In this document: positions 31,189 through 41,494 of the stretch, piece after piece
Position numbering within the stretch: position 1 is the stretch's first letter
Layout: each line of letters starts with the position of its first letter
Source: Betaproteobacteria bacterium
GTDB lineage: Bacteria > Pseudomonadota > Gammaproteobacteria > Burkholderiales > SG8-41
Reading direction: 5' to 3'
NCBI GenBank assembly: GCA_947476215.1
Contig: CANJQI010000005.1
Coordinates: 1-63,716, forward strand
DNA: 63,716 nt
The notes under the pieces: model-generated
What the model was told of the DNA's origin: nothing
Database searches by the model: none
The model's input: only the letters and a program-made list of their open reading frames with translations
Translations under genes and position numbers: made by a program

Positions 31189-33192
31189 CTAAAGAACTTG
31201 TTTTACGGTAGCCGCGACATTCACGGCAGTAAATCCAAAATACTTGAACAGTTCACCCGCCGGCGCCGACTCACCGAAGCGGTCGATGCCGACAACCGCG
31301 CCCGATGTCGAGTCCGCGGCGCCGACATATTTGCGCCAGAAGTCGCTCACCCCGGCTTCCACGGCAACGCGCGGCACCCCAGCAGGCAAAACCGCAGTGC
31401 GATAACCGGCCTCTTGCGCGTCAAACAACGAGGTGCAGGGCATGGACACGACGCGCACCGCGATGCCTTCTTTGCGCAACAACTCGCGCGCCTCGACAGC
31501 GAGCTGCAATTCCGAACCGGTTGCAATTATGACGGCACGCGGACTTCCACCGTCGGCCTCCGCAAGTACGTAGCCGCCGCGCGCGATGGCGGCAATCTGT
31601 GCCGGGTCGCGTTTCTGGAACTGCACGTTCTGGCGCGACAATATCAGGCAGCTCGGACCATCTTTTCTCTGCAGCGCGGCGCCCCATGCGACGGCTGCCT
31701 CGACCGTATCGCCCGGGCGCCACACGTGCATGTTGGGTATCATGCGCAGGCTTGCGGTCTGTTCGATCGCCTGGTGCGTGGGCCCATCCTCGCCGAGTCC
31801 GATCGAGTCATGCGTGAACACAAAAATGTTGCGCAGCTTCATCAACGCTGCCATGCGCAACGCATTGCGGGAGTAGTCCGAGAATGTCAGAAATGTTCCT
31901 GTTTCCGGAATATAGCCGCCGTGCAGCGCCATGCCGTTGGTTATCGCCGCCATCGCGAATTCGCGAACACCGAAGTTGACAATATTGCCCGCCGCGCCGC
32001 CGGCGATCACCTTGCTGCCCGGCCAGTTGGTGAAGACGCTGCCCATCAGATCCGCTGATCCGCCGATCAACTCGGGGAGCGCCGGCGCAATCTGAGTCAA
32101 CGCAAGCTGCGACGCTTTGCGGGTTGCGACGGTCTCGCCTTTGCTGTTTGCGGACGCTACAGTCGCGGCCATGGTATCGGAAAATTTGGCCGGCAGTTCG
32201 CCCGCCATGCGGCGTGAAAATTCCCGCGCCAGCTCCGGATATGCAGCGCTGTAAGCTGCGAACCTATCGTTCCACGCGGCCTGCGCGCGCGCGCCTTGGT
32301 CACGCTGATTCCATGCAGCGTAGACAGCCTCTGGAATCTCGAAAGGAGCGTGGTTCCAGTTGATGTTGGCGCGCGTTGCAGCTATTTCCTCGGCGCCCAA
32401 TGCCTCGCCATGCGCCTTGGCGGTGCCGCCACGCGTCGGGGCGCCCTTGCCTAGGACCGTCTTACAACATATCAGGCTGGGCTTGTCGGTCACCGCCTGC
32501 GCCTGTTTGAGCGCCGCCTCGATTTTGGCAGCATCGTGTCCATCAACACCCGCGATCACGTGCCAACCATAGGCGGCGAATCGCTGCGGCGTGTTGTCGG
32601 TAAACCATCCCGCCACCGGACCGTCGATCGAAATTCCATTATCGTCATAGAACGCGATCAGCTTGCCCAGCCCCCACGTTCCGGCGAGTGAGCACACTTC
32701 ATGCGATATGCCCTCCATCAAACAACCGTCACCCAGAAACACATAGGTATGATGGTCCACGACAGGATGGCCGGGGCGGTTGAATTCCTGCGCCAACAGA
32801 CGTTCGGCCAGCGCCATTCCGACCGCGTTACCCAGTCCCTGACCCAGCGGCCCGGTGGTGGTTTCCACGCCAGGTGTCAGTCCGAACTCCGGGTGGCCGG
32901 GCGTCTTTGAATGCAGCTGCCGGAACTTCCTGAGTTCGTCGATTCCAAGATCGTAGCCGCTCAGGTGCAACAATGCATACAGCAGCATGGAGCCGTGACC
33001 ATTTGAAACCACAAAGCGATCGCGATCGGCCCACTTCGGATCCACCGGGTTGTGTTTCAAATGACGGCGCCACAGCACTTCGGCGATGTCGGCCATGCCC
33101 ATGGGCATGCCGGGATGCCCGGAATTAGCCTGTTGCACGGCATCCATCGCCAGCGCGCGGATTGCATTGCTTAGATCGGAATTTGAACCCAT
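31189..33192 (-). CDS. tkt: Transketolase
   Basis: [27 protein letters not shown] and the remaining ThDP-binding motifs are present. The start is placed at MGSNSDL (33192) rather than at the upstream in-frame Met of the tracked ORF (33237). Confidence 0.93.
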   Translation of the reverse strand: MGSNSDLSNAIRALAMDAVQQANSGHPGMPMGMADIAEVLWRRHLKHNPVDPKWADRDRFVVSNGHGSMLLYALLHLSGYDLGIDELRKFRQLHSKTPGHPEFGLTPGVETTTGPLGQGLGNAVGMALAERLLAQEFNRPGHPVVDHHTYVFLGDGCLMEGISHEVCSLAGTWGLGKLIAFYDDNGISIDGPVAGWFTDNTPQRFAAYGWHVIAGVDGHDAAKIEAALKQAQAVTDKPSLICCKTVLGKGAPTRGGTAKAHGEALGAEEIAATRANINWNHAPFEIPEAVYAAWNQRDQGARAQAAWNDRFAAYSAAYPELAREFSRRMAGELPAKFSDTMAATVASANSKGETVATRKASQLALTQIAPALPELIGGSADLMGSVFTNWPGSKVIAGGAAGNIVNFGVREFAMAAITNGMALHGGYIPETGTFLTFSDYSRNALRMAALMKLRNIFVFTHDSIGLGEDGPTHQAIEQTASLRMIPNMHVWRPGDTVEAAVAWGAALQRKDGPSCLILSRQNVQFQKRDPAQIAAIARGGYVLAEADGGSPRAVIIATGSELQLAVEARELLRKEGIAVRVVSMPCTSLFDAQEAGYRTAVLPAGVPRVAVEAGVSDFWRKYVGAADSTSGAVVGIDRFGESAPAGELFKYFGFTAVNVAATVKQVL

Positions 33193-33302
33193 TACGATAG
33201 TCTCGAAGAGAGGAACTGAGGGGAACGAGAGGTGCAATTATCGTGGAAACCGCCGCCTTTGGCTACGTGCTCCATGCTCAATGCAGTAGACTTGCAGTCT
33301 GA

Positions 33303-34559
33303 TTACTCTTCATTGCGGCGATTGAGTTTGATGCCGAGTTGCTTGAGCTTGCGATACAGATGGGTGCGCTCGAGTCCCACGCTGTCGGCAACCCTGCTCA
33401 TGTTGCCGCCTTCCTTCGCGAAGTGGTGCTCGAAATACACGCGTTCAAATGCGTCTCGCGCTTCGCGCAACGGCAAGTCGAGCGGCAGACCGGTTGCTGA
33501 AGCACTCGGCGTTCCAAACTGAGACAGGATCTGATTGACGTCATTTACCCCGATTTCATCACCGCCAGCGGTAACCGCCAACGTATGCACTACGCTTTCG
33601 AGTTGGCTCAGATTTCCGGGCCAATCATAGTTACGCAGCGCGTTCAGCACGGCGACACTGAAGTGGCGGGGCGCCACTTCCTTGGCTTCAACACTACGCA
33701 GCAGAAACAGGTTGGCCAGGTCTGGAACGTCTTCCTTGTGTTCGCGTAGGCTAGGCACCCTCACGCTTACCGACGCAATGGCGGTGTAAAGGCGCGCGTC
33801 AAAGCTACCCTGCGCCACCAGATCGGACAATGGCTTTGCCGTGGCGCAAATCAGGCGCGCATTATATTTCTCGTATTTGCTGGCGATGAGCAATAATCCT
33901 TTTTGCTCCATGCGGCTCAGGTCGCCGACTTCGTGCATAAACAAAGTACCTTCACGCGCCTGACCGAGCAGATCCAGCGGCGCCTCGGCGAGCACGGCCA
34001 GATTTTCGGGCTCTACCCACGCCGTGTTCGGTTGGTGTACAAATTTCGCGCACAACTCCACGCCACTTCCGGGCTCGGTCAGCAGCAACAAAGGCGACTT
34101 GAGGTTACCCACGCGCCCAAGACGCTGTTTCAGCTCCGTGATCAGTGGTGCGCGACCCAGCGTCGCCAGCATCAGCGTCGGTTTCATCTGATTCTCGCCG
34201 CTGCGCAGGGCGCGCCCTACCGTCGTCAGCAGTTTTTGCAAGGCGATGGGTTTTTCCAGAAAATCAAACGCGCCTATGCGTGTCGCTTCGACCGCGGTAT
34301 CTATCGTGCCATGCCCCGACATCATCACCACCGGCATCGTCAGCAAACCCGAACTCGCCCACTCCTTGAGCAAGGTAATGCCATCGGTATCCGGCATCCA
34401 GATGTCCAGCAATACCAGATCCGGGCGTTCCTGGTTACGTTGCGCCCGCGCCTGACCCGCATTTTCCGCGATCCTGACCTGATAACCTTCATCTCTCAGT
34501 ATCTCGGACAGGAGTTCGCGGATTCCGACTTCGTCATCTACCACCAGAATTTGCTGCAT
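33303..34559 (-). CDS. ntrX: NtrX-type response regulator (receiver + degenerate AAA+ + HTH)
   Basis: It has a receiver domain (VVDDE...DIWMPDTDG...KP) and a C-terminal Fis-type HTH (MSRVADSVGLERTHLYRKLKQLGI). It sits immediately downstream of ntrY. The central module lacks intact Walker A/B and GAFTGA motifs. Confidence 0.8.
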   Translation of the reverse strand: MQQILVVDDEVGIRELLSEILRDEGYQVRIAENAGQARAQRNQERPDLVLLDIWMPDTDGITLLKEWASSGLLTMPVVMMSGHGTIDTAVEATRIGAFDFLEKPIALQKLLTTVGRALRSGENQMKPTLMLATLGRAPLITELKQRLGRVGNLKSPLLLLTEPGSGVELCAKFVHQPNTAWVEPENLAVLAEAPLDLLGQAREGTLFMHEVGDLSRMEQKGLLLIASKYEKYNARLICATAKPLSDLVAQGSFDARLYTAIASVSVRVPSLREHKEDVPDLANLFLLRSVEAKEVAPRHFSVAVLNALRNYDWPGNLSQLESVVHTLAVTAGGDEIGVNDVNQILSQFGTPSASATGLPLDLPLREARDAFERVYFEHHFAKEGGNMSRVADSVGLERTHLYRKLKQLGIKLNRRNEE

Positions 34560-34573
34560 CTCATGGACCCTGT

Positions 34574-36796
34574 TTACGCGTGAACCGCGATCTTGGCAGC
34601 GAATGAATGCGCCGCTGCGCCGGGCAACACGATGGATACGCGCGCGCCGTGCGGTTCGACATTTGCGATTTCTATATTGCCCCCGTGCTCCTCGACGATT
34701 TTTTTCACGATGACCAGTCCCAGCCCCGTACCTTTGGGTTTGGTCGTCATATATGGCTCAAATGCGCGATGCATCAATTGTTCGGGAAATCCGCTGCCGT
34801 TGTCGGTGATGGTCAGGCATACGCCTCCGGGCGCGAAATCCGAACGCACGACGATCGAAGGACTTACGGTATCCGCAAGCGCATCCTGCGCATTTTGCAT
34901 CAGGTTGTGTATGATCTGCCGTAATTGCGCGGGATCGCCTGTTATTCGCGGCAATCCGGATGCCATCTCCACGTGTGTCCAGCGGCTGGATTCATATAGG
35001 GTAAGCACTTCGAGCAGCAATTCGTTGATGTCGATTTCCTGCAGCATGGGTTCCGGCATGCGCGCGTATTCGCGAAAGGCGTCCACCATGTTCTTCAGCG
35101 CCCCAACCTGATTCACGATCGTCTGCGTGGAACGTGCCAGCATGGCCGCATACGGCGCGTCGAGTTTTTTCTCCAGCTTATGCTGCAGTCTTTCCGCCGA
35201 GAGCTGGATAGGCGTAAGCGGATTCTTGATTTCGTGCGCCAGGCGCCGTGCAACTTCGGTCCAGGCGGCATCACGCTGTGCCTGCAATACGTGGGTTATG
35301 TCGTCGAATACCACGACATAACCGGTGCCTTCGCCGGTGGGAAGACGCGTGCCGCGGAGCAACAGCATTTGATGGCCTTTTTTCCCGGTGCGCTCGATCT
35401 GGGTTTTCAGGTCGGTGGTCCTGTCATTTTGAAACAATGCCACGGCTCCGTCGGCTATGTCCCTTAGCGCTGGATTGCGCTCGTGCCAGCGCGCCAGTTC
35501 CAGGCCTTCCAATTGGGCAATGTCCGCGTCGAGTATGGTGGATGCGCTGTGATTGAAAGAGCGCAACCGGAACGATTCATCAAACGCCAGCACACCCGCC
35601 GACAGATTCGTTAATATGCTTTGCAGATAAGAATGCGCCGTAGCCAGCTGCGCCTGGTTTATTTCGGCCACGGAGCGCGTCTCGGCCAGCTGTTGGCGCA
35701 TCGTATTGAAAGATTGCGTCAAAACACCTAGCTCGTCGCGACTGGCTTTCATCTCACGCTGGCTGAAGTCGCCCTGTGCCACCGCCCGCGTGCCTTCGAC
35801 CAGGAAACTCAAAGGCGCCGTGAGCCGGTCGCTCAGCAAAAAGGCGAGTGACAGCGCCGTTAACAATGCCAACAACAACGTCAGCGACAGCGTAAACCGG
35901 TACAGTTGACGCAGTCCCAGGCGCGCCAGCAGCAATTCCTGATATTTGCGTTGCCCGTTTTGCACCGTCTCCGCATCGACGGCGAGCTGATTGGGCACGG
36001 GCTGCAACAATTGTAAAACGCGCATGTCATCGGAGAGCCTAATCGGATTTACCGGCACCAGCACGCGCAGAAACAACCCTTTTCCCGGAATTTCCTCGAT
36101 CGCGCTGTAACTTTTCTGCGAACGAAGCTGCTGCATGATGGCGGCGCCGGGCAATTCCGGAATCAGGCCGGTGCGCTCGCTCCCCGAAAATACGATGACC
36201 CGGCCGCGCGGCGTAAATAACGTGGCCTCCTGCACACCGGCCTGCTCACGCAGCGTATTGAGCGCAGCAACATGTTCTTCCGCCGGCCGCATGGTCAGCG
36301 ACGAGACCATGACGTCGGCCTTTTTGATGAGGTCCTTGAGCAGATTGTCGCGCGTGGTGCGCCACAGATTGAGTCCGCCCTCGATTCCTTCCTCGACACT
36401 GACGTCATCCCATGACTCTATGCTCTTGGCGACAAATTGCACCGACACGCCATACACCAGCGCTCCCGGCAGTACCGCCACCAGCGCGAACAACCACACC
36501 AAGCGCAGCGTGAACTTCGCACCGAACACGCCCGCCTTGAGCTTGCGACGCAACATGAAAAGCTGGTAACCGAGTAGCGCGGTCAGGCACACAGCCAGTC
36601 CACCGTTGAGCGCAATCAGCAGCAGATAATGCTGTGCGAACAACGCGGTGTTGGCGCTCGCGGTCGCCAGCAGATAAAGCGTGATGGCGCCTAGTACCGC
36701 GCATACTATGAGCAGGTACTTGATTACGCCGCTCGAGAGCACCGGGCGTATGGTAGGCATGCCGATGATCACGGCGTCACGCTCCAGCGATACCAT
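34574..36796 (-). CDS. ntrY: NtrY-type sensor histidine kinase
   Basis: It has N-terminal transmembrane segments, HAMP and PAS-like regions, the H-box HEIKNPLTPIQLSAERL, and N/G boxes (HNLMQNAQDA, DNGSGF, GTGLGL). An alternative start at MPTIRPV (36760) is possible. Confidence 0.8.
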   Translation of the reverse strand: MVSLERDAVIIGMPTIRPVLSSGVIKYLLIVCAVLGAITLYLLATASANTALFAQHYLLLIALNGGLAVCLTALLGYQLFMLRRKLKAGVFGAKFTLRLVWLFALVAVLPGALVYGVSVQFVAKSIESWDDVSVEEGIEGGLNLWRTTRDNLLKDLIKKADVMVSSLTMRPAEEHVAALNTLREQAGVQEATLFTPRGRVIVFSGSERTGLIPELPGAAIMQQLRSQKSYSAIEEIPGKGLFLRVLVPVNPIRLSDDMRVLQLLQPVPNQLAVDAETVQNGQRKYQELLLARLGLRQLYRFTLSLTLLLALLTALSLAFLLSDRLTAPLSFLVEGTRAVAQGDFSQREMKASRDELGVLTQSFNTMRQQLAETRSVAEINQAQLATAHSYLQSILTNLSAGVLAFDESFRLRSFNHSASTILDADIAQLEGLELARWHERNPALRDIADGAVALFQNDRTTDLKTQIERTGKKGHQMLLLRGTRLPTGEGTGYVVVFDDITHVLQAQRDAAWTEVARRLAHEIKNPLTPIQLSAERLQHKLEKKLDAPYAAMLARSTQTIVNQVGALKNMVDAFREYARMPEPMLQEIDINELLLEVLTLYESSRWTHVEMASGLPRITGDPAQLRQIIHNLMQNAQDALADTVSPSIVVRSDFAPGGVCLTITDNGSGFPEQLMHRAFEPYMTTKPKGTGLGLVIVKKIVEEHGGNIEIANVEPHGARVSIVLPGAAAHSFAAKIAVHA

Positions 36797-37341
36797 TCAG
36801 AACCGAAGTTCCATTCGCGCGATGCCAGTGCGTTAAGCTGAAACGGTTTGGGTAACTGCGAAACGTCCAGGCGCATGCGCACGCCCGCGACATAAGTGCT
36901 GCCGCGTGCAAGCATGCGTGCATCCAGAACGTGGCGTCGCCTCGCGCGCGCGAGGAAGTCCAGGGCTTCGGCCATCGAAGCGAAATTGTGATACAGCGTA
37001 CCGACGCCGATGCGGTACTGACGGGTCAGTGCATTGTAGGCGAGTCGATACTGCTGCTGGGTGCCCAGTACCTTTTCATTTAGCCAATACCAGCGTGGAC
37101 GTATGAGTTCAAATTCAAACAGAAAAAACAGCGGGACACCTTTGTTCAGCGCCTCTTCAAGGGTCGGGTTCAGCGCAATTTCGAAGTCCGCCTCGAGAAA
37201 ATATCCCTCCTCCCCTGCCACGAGCGCGGCGTGTCGGACGTCTATACCCTCCGCGTACAACGCGGGAGTTGCCGTTACCAGCAACATTAACGCCAGGAGC
37301 AGGCTAAATTTTTTGAAGCAGCGCGTAAAAGAAACCGTCAT
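36769..37341 (-). CDS. Exported conserved protein between rsmB and ntrY (DUF4390-like)
   Basis: 190 aa with a signal peptide. Its position between rsmB and ntrY matches what I recall from betaproteobacterial genomes. The family assignment is from memory, not from a search. Confidence 0.55.
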   Translation of the reverse strand: MTVSFTRCFKKFSLLLALMLLVTATPALYAEGIDVRHAALVAGEEGYFLEADFEIALNPTLEEALNKGVPLFFLFEFELIRPRWYWLNEKVLGTQQQYRLAYNALTRQYRIGVGTLYHNFASMAEALDFLARARRRHVLDARMLARGSTYVAGVRMRLDVSQLPKPFQLNALASREWNFGSEWYRWSVTP

Positions 37342-38587
37342 GCTCGTTATTCGGCAGCAGCAGGCCTTCCCGACTCCCGTCGAACGATTTCATTCCGGGT
37401 AGCGGAAGCAGCGTGGCATCATTGTGATGCGCGAGAAAATCCGCCACTTGCAGCGAGTTCTCTTCCTGGAAAATGGAACAGGTTGTATACAGCAATTTAC
37501 CACCGCTTGCCAGCATCTGCCAAAGGCTGTCGAGGATGCGCTTCTGCTGCAAAGCGAACTGCGGAATGTCGGATGCGCGCCGCAACCATTTGATGTCCGG
37601 ATGTCGCCGCACCACGCCCGACGCACTGCACGGCAAATCCGCCAGTATGCGTTGATAAGGCTTGCCGTCCCACCAGGTTTCGGGAGTGCTCGCATCCGCG
37701 GCGAGCAGTATTGCTTTCAGACCGAGCCGCCGCAGATTCTGGCTCACGCGATCAAGTCGTTGGGCATTGCTGTCGATGGCCGTCAGGTCGAGGTCGGCGA
37801 TTTCGAGCAGGTGCGTGGTCTTGCCGCCCGGCGCGGCGCATGCGTCGAGGACGTGCATTCCTGGTTGGGCGTCTAGCAGAGGTGCTGCAAATTGCGCCGC
37901 CGCGTCCTGAACCGATACCATGCCTGTCGAAAATCCCGGCACCCTATCCACGGAGAGAGCGCGCGCCAGAGTCACGGCACCGTTGTTTGCTGCAATAGCG
38001 TCTATTGCGTTTTCAGCCAACAACCGCAGATAGTTTTCAGGCGTAATACGACGCCGGTTGACTCGCAGCGTGAATGGCGGATGCAGGTTACCCGATTCTA
38101 AAACTTGCGCAGCTTCATCCGGGTACTGGGAACGTAACTTGTCTATCCACCACTGCGGATGCGAATATCGCCCGGCGTCGGTGCGATAGGCTGCGTCTAA
38201 CAATGGCTTGCGGCGCCGCAAGAAATTCCGCAATACGCCGTTGACCAGTCCAGCGGCTTGCGGTGCCCCCAGGCTTGCGGCGCATCGAACCGCATGATCT
38301 ACGATGGCATGTGGAGCGGCTCTTGTATAAATCAGCTGATACAAGGCCACCTGCAGCAACCAGCGCAACATGTCATCGCTCAGTGGTTTGAGGAGCAATT
38401 GTTTAAGAATGGCATCGAGCTGCGCACCGAAGCGCAAGGTCCCGTAGCTTAGGTCGGTAATCGCTGCGCGCTGCTGGGTGGTCAACGAGGCATGGTGCGG
38501 CCATGTCATGGAGAAAGCCGCCGTCAGGGCTCGACCGCCGTGCACGGCCGCGACGATGGTGCTGGCTAGTCGTTGCGTCTCTAACAC
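37304..38587 (-). CDS. rsmB: 16S rRNA (cytosine967-C5)-methyltransferase
   Basis: 427 aa with an N-terminal NusB-like region, the SAM motif DACAAPGGKT and catalytic Cys motifs (DLPCSASG, YTTCS). It lies downstream of fmt. Confidence 0.88.
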   Translation of the reverse strand: MLETQRLASTIVAAVHGGRALTAAFSMTWPHHASLTTQQRAAITDLSYGTLRFGAQLDAILKQLLLKPLSDDMLRWLLQVALYQLIYTRAAPHAIVDHAVRCAASLGAPQAAGLVNGVLRNFLRRRKPLLDAAYRTDAGRYSHPQWWIDKLRSQYPDEAAQVLESGNLHPPFTLRVNRRRITPENYLRLLAENAIDAIAANNGAVTLARALSVDRVPGFSTGMVSVQDAAAQFAAPLLDAQPGMHVLDACAAPGGKTTHLLEIADLDLTAIDSNAQRLDRVSQNLRRLGLKAILLAADASTPETWWDGKPYQRILADLPCSASGVVRRHPDIKWLRRASDIPQFALQQKRILDSLWQMLASGGKLLYTTCSIFQEENSLQVADFLAHHNDATLLPLPGMKSFDGSREGLLLPNNEHDGFFYALLQKI

Positions 38588-38653
38588 TATCTGCTCAGAT
38601 ATGTAAGCGAGCGCTTACATATGCGGCCGGTTGCAGTAACTTAGTATTTGAAA

Positions 38654-39571
38654 TCATATACCTAAGCGCGTTCCTGGCGGCATGGGATGGCCAGCCAGAA
38701 ACTCAGTGGCCGTAAGCCGTTTCCCACCCGCGGCCTGTAATTCTGTCAATACCAGTGCGCCGTTACCGGTGGTGATTACGATTTCGCCGCCCCCTGTGAT
38801 GACACTGCCTGTTGCGCCGCCGGAACTTTTCCCGGCGGGGTATGCGCGCCATATCTTGAGCGTTTTTTCGCAAAACGTCGTCGTCGCGCCTGGCATCGGG
38901 TTATACGCTCTAACCTGGCGCGAAATAACTTCTGCTGGATTTGTCCAGTCTATACGCGCCTCTGCCTTGCTGATCTTTTCGGCATAAGTGGCGTGCGATC
39001 CGTCCTGTGGACGCGGATCAGGCGCTTGATTCAATACCTGCACAATACAGCGCGCGCCCGTCCTCGCCAGCTTATCGTGCACTGTCTGAGCTGTGTCGTC
39101 GGACGTTATCGGGACAGATTCCTGTAACAGAATGGCCCCGGTGTCCAGGCCGGCGTCCATTTGCATGATGGTAACGCCGGTTTCGCTGTCGCCGGCCAAC
39201 AGTGCGCGCTGGATGGGCGCCGCGCCGCGCCAACGTGGCAGCAACGACGCATGAACATTAATGCAGCCGCGCACGGGTATTTGCAGTACAGCTGCGGGCA
39301 ATATCAGCCCGTAAGCAGCGACGACCATCGCTTCCGCGCACGCCGCGCGCAGCTCGTACTGAATTTCAGCGGTTTTCAGATTCTCGGGTTGCAGAACTTT
39401 CAGATGGTGTGCTTGTGCTCTTCCTTTGACGCTGCTTGCACGCAACTGCATGCCGCGCCCGGCAGCGCGGTCGGGTTGTGTAAGCACCATGGCGATATCA
39501 AAACCCGCATCTATCAGTCCGTCCAGTATGGTCGCGGCGAAGTCGGGCGTACCGGCAAAAATGACTCTCAT
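38654..39571 (-). CDS. fmt: Methionyl-tRNA formyltransferase
   Basis: MRVIFAGTPDFA and HASLLPRWRGAAPIQ are present. The start is placed at the second Met (39571); the tracked ORF begins at 39601. Confidence 0.9.
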   Translation of the reverse strand: MRVIFAGTPDFAATILDGLIDAGFDIAMVLTQPDRAAGRGMQLRASSVKGRAQAHHLKVLQPENLKTAEIQYELRAACAEAMVVAAYGLILPAAVLQIPVRGCINVHASLLPRWRGAAPIQRALLAGDSETGVTIMQMDAGLDTGAILLQESVPITSDDTAQTVHDKLARTGARCIVQVLNQAPDPRPQDGSHATYAEKISKAEARIDWTNPAEVISRQVRAYNPMPGATTTFCEKTLKIWRAYPAGKSSGGATGSVITGGGEIVITTGNGALVLTELQAAGGKRLTATEFLAGHPMPPGTRLGI

Positions 39572-39624
39572 CACCAGAGATGGCGTCTCAAGGTGCCGCA
39601 AGGGAGGTGCAAGTAGTCACGCAC

Positions 39625-40128
39625 CTACATGGCCTGGCGCTGCTGCTTCCTGATTCTGGCGAGAATACGCTGTTGCTTGAGCCGAGAAAGATACTCGACA
39701 AAAACCTTACCCTCAAGATGATCCATTTCGTGTTGTATGCATACCGCGAGCAATCCCTCGGCTTCAAGGTCAAAGGTACATCCGTCCACATTCAAGGCAC
39801 GTACGGTAATCCGCTCAGCGCGCGCCACTTTCTCAAACACGCCAGGAACAGACAAACATCCTTCCTCCACTGTTGCGTGCCCGCTACGCTCCTGGATGGA
39901 GGGGTTGATAAGCACCTTTAGGTCATCGTGCATTTCGGAAACATCTATTATAATCAAACGCTTGTGTACCCCGACTTGGGTGGCAGCCAGTCCGACGCCG
40001 GGTGCCGCATACATCGTTTCCAGCATATCTCTGATCAAGCGGCGAATTTCGCCGTTCACGACATTTATCGGTTCAGCCACGACATGGAGTCTGGGATCAG
40101 GGTACCGGAGTATGGGCAGCAAAGCCAT
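39625..40128 (-). CDS. def: Peptide deformylase
   Basis: 167 aa with the three PDF motifs [13 protein letters not shown] and QHEMDHL. Confidence 0.93.
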   Translation of the reverse strand: MALLPILRYPDPRLHVVAEPINVVNGEIRRLIRDMLETMYAAPGVGLAATQVGVHKRLIIIDVSEMHDDLKVLINPSIQERSGHATVEEGCLSVPGVFEKVARAERITVRALNVDGCTFDLEAEGLLAVCIQHEMDHLEGKVFVEYLSRLKQQRILARIRKQQRQAM

Positions 40129-40252
40129 AAGTCTTGCAACTTTAATAAACTAGAGGCACAATTTAAACTAATATGTGATGATTGAGTGAGTGTTCATGGC
40201 TCAAAGGCAGCTCAACTGTTGGCGTCAGGCAACCAAAGATGATGGGGGCGCG

Positions 40253-41428
40253 ATGCACAAGTCTATTATATCGCTGATTATATTGTGCTGTTCGGCGGCG
40301 GGCGTGCTCGCAGCCACAACTGCGGATCTCGCCGATGGGGCGCCAGATCGTTACGTTGTCGTCCAAGGAGATACGTTGTGGTCGATTGCCGGCCGCTTTC
40401 TGAAGTCGCCATGGAAGTGGAATGAGATCTGGAAGTTAAATCATGACCAGATCAAGAATCCACACCGTATTTATCCAGGCGACGTGGTTGTGCTCGACAA
40501 GTCGGCTTTGGATCTGCGACTGAGTCTGCTAAAAGGTAATGTCGTAAAACTTTCGCCGCAGACTTTGAGCAGTAGCCTGGAGCCGGAGCCTGTCCCCACC
40601 ATACCGACAGCCGATATTGAACCATTTCTCAGCAAACCACTGGTGGTAGCGGAAAATCAGCTTGCATCTGCAGCGCGCATCGTACGCACCCAGGAAAGTC
40701 GCGTTGCGCTGGGTGCCGGCAATATTGCCTACGTCAAGGGCATCACCAAGGAACAGGGAGTTTTCTGGCAGATTTTCCGGCCCGGTCCTATGCTGGTGGA
40801 CCCTGATTCGAAAGAATCTCTGGGTCGTGAAGCCATTTATCTGGGCGACGCAAAGGTCGAAAAATTTGGCGACGTCAGCACCGTCGAAATCGTCAAGTCG
40901 CCACTTGAAATATATGCGGGCGACTATTTAATACAGGCGCCACGAGAAGTGCTGCTGGAGAATTACGTGCCGCGCGCTCCGGGCAAGAAAATCGATGCGC
41001 GTATCATCGCTGCGTATGGAGGCCTGTATGAAATCGGCAATAACGCCATCGTAACGCTAAGCAAAGGCTCGCGCGACGGACTGGAAGCAGGACACGTATT
41101 GGCGATATACCGCGACCTCAACGCCTCCACTAACCAGTTGCGGGAAAGCGCGCTTTTCGGCCGCCAAGGCTTTATGTATGACGAAAAGAACCCGCGCACC
41201 AACTATGTCAACGAGCCGCTGGGTAATCGCGATTCTCCGTTGTGGGGCCGCGTCGGGCCCAACGCCGGAAAATACACGGAAAATTCGATCTCGTTGGCGT
41301 CCGCGACCTTACCCGACGAACGCTATGGTGTCATGCTTGTGTTCCGAGTCTTCGATCGTGCGTCATACGCTTTGATCATGAATGCAAATCGCCCGGTTCA
41401 CGTACTCGACAGGGCGACAAATCCCTGA
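40253..41428 (+). CDS. LysM-domain peptidoglycan-binding protein
   Basis: A signal peptide precedes the LysM motif YVVVQGDTLWSIAGRFLKSPWKWNEIWKLN...IYPGDVV. The start is placed at MHKSII (40253). Confidence 0.75.
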   Translation: MHKSIISLIILCCSAAGVLAATTADLADGAPDRYVVVQGDTLWSIAGRFLKSPWKWNEIWKLNHDQIKNPHRIYPGDVVVLDKSALDLRLSLLKGNVVKLSPQTLSSSLEPEPVPTIPTADIEPFLSKPLVVAENQLASAARIVRTQESRVALGAGNIAYVKGITKEQGVFWQIFRPGPMLVDPDSKESLGREAIYLGDAKVEKFGDVSTVEIVKSPLEIYAGDYLIQAPREVLLENYVPRAPGKKIDARIIAAYGGLYEIGNNAIVTLSKGSRDGLEAGHVLAIYRDLNASTNQLRESALFGRQGFMYDEKNPRTNYVNEPLGNRDSPLWGRVGPNAGKYTENSISLASATLPDERYGVMLVFRVFDRASYALIMNANRPVHVLDRATNP

Positions 41429-41494
41429 TCTGGCGAACGGCTCGCTTTACCTCTGAATCCGCGTTCTCGGCAACGCACTTCGTCGCAATAGCCA

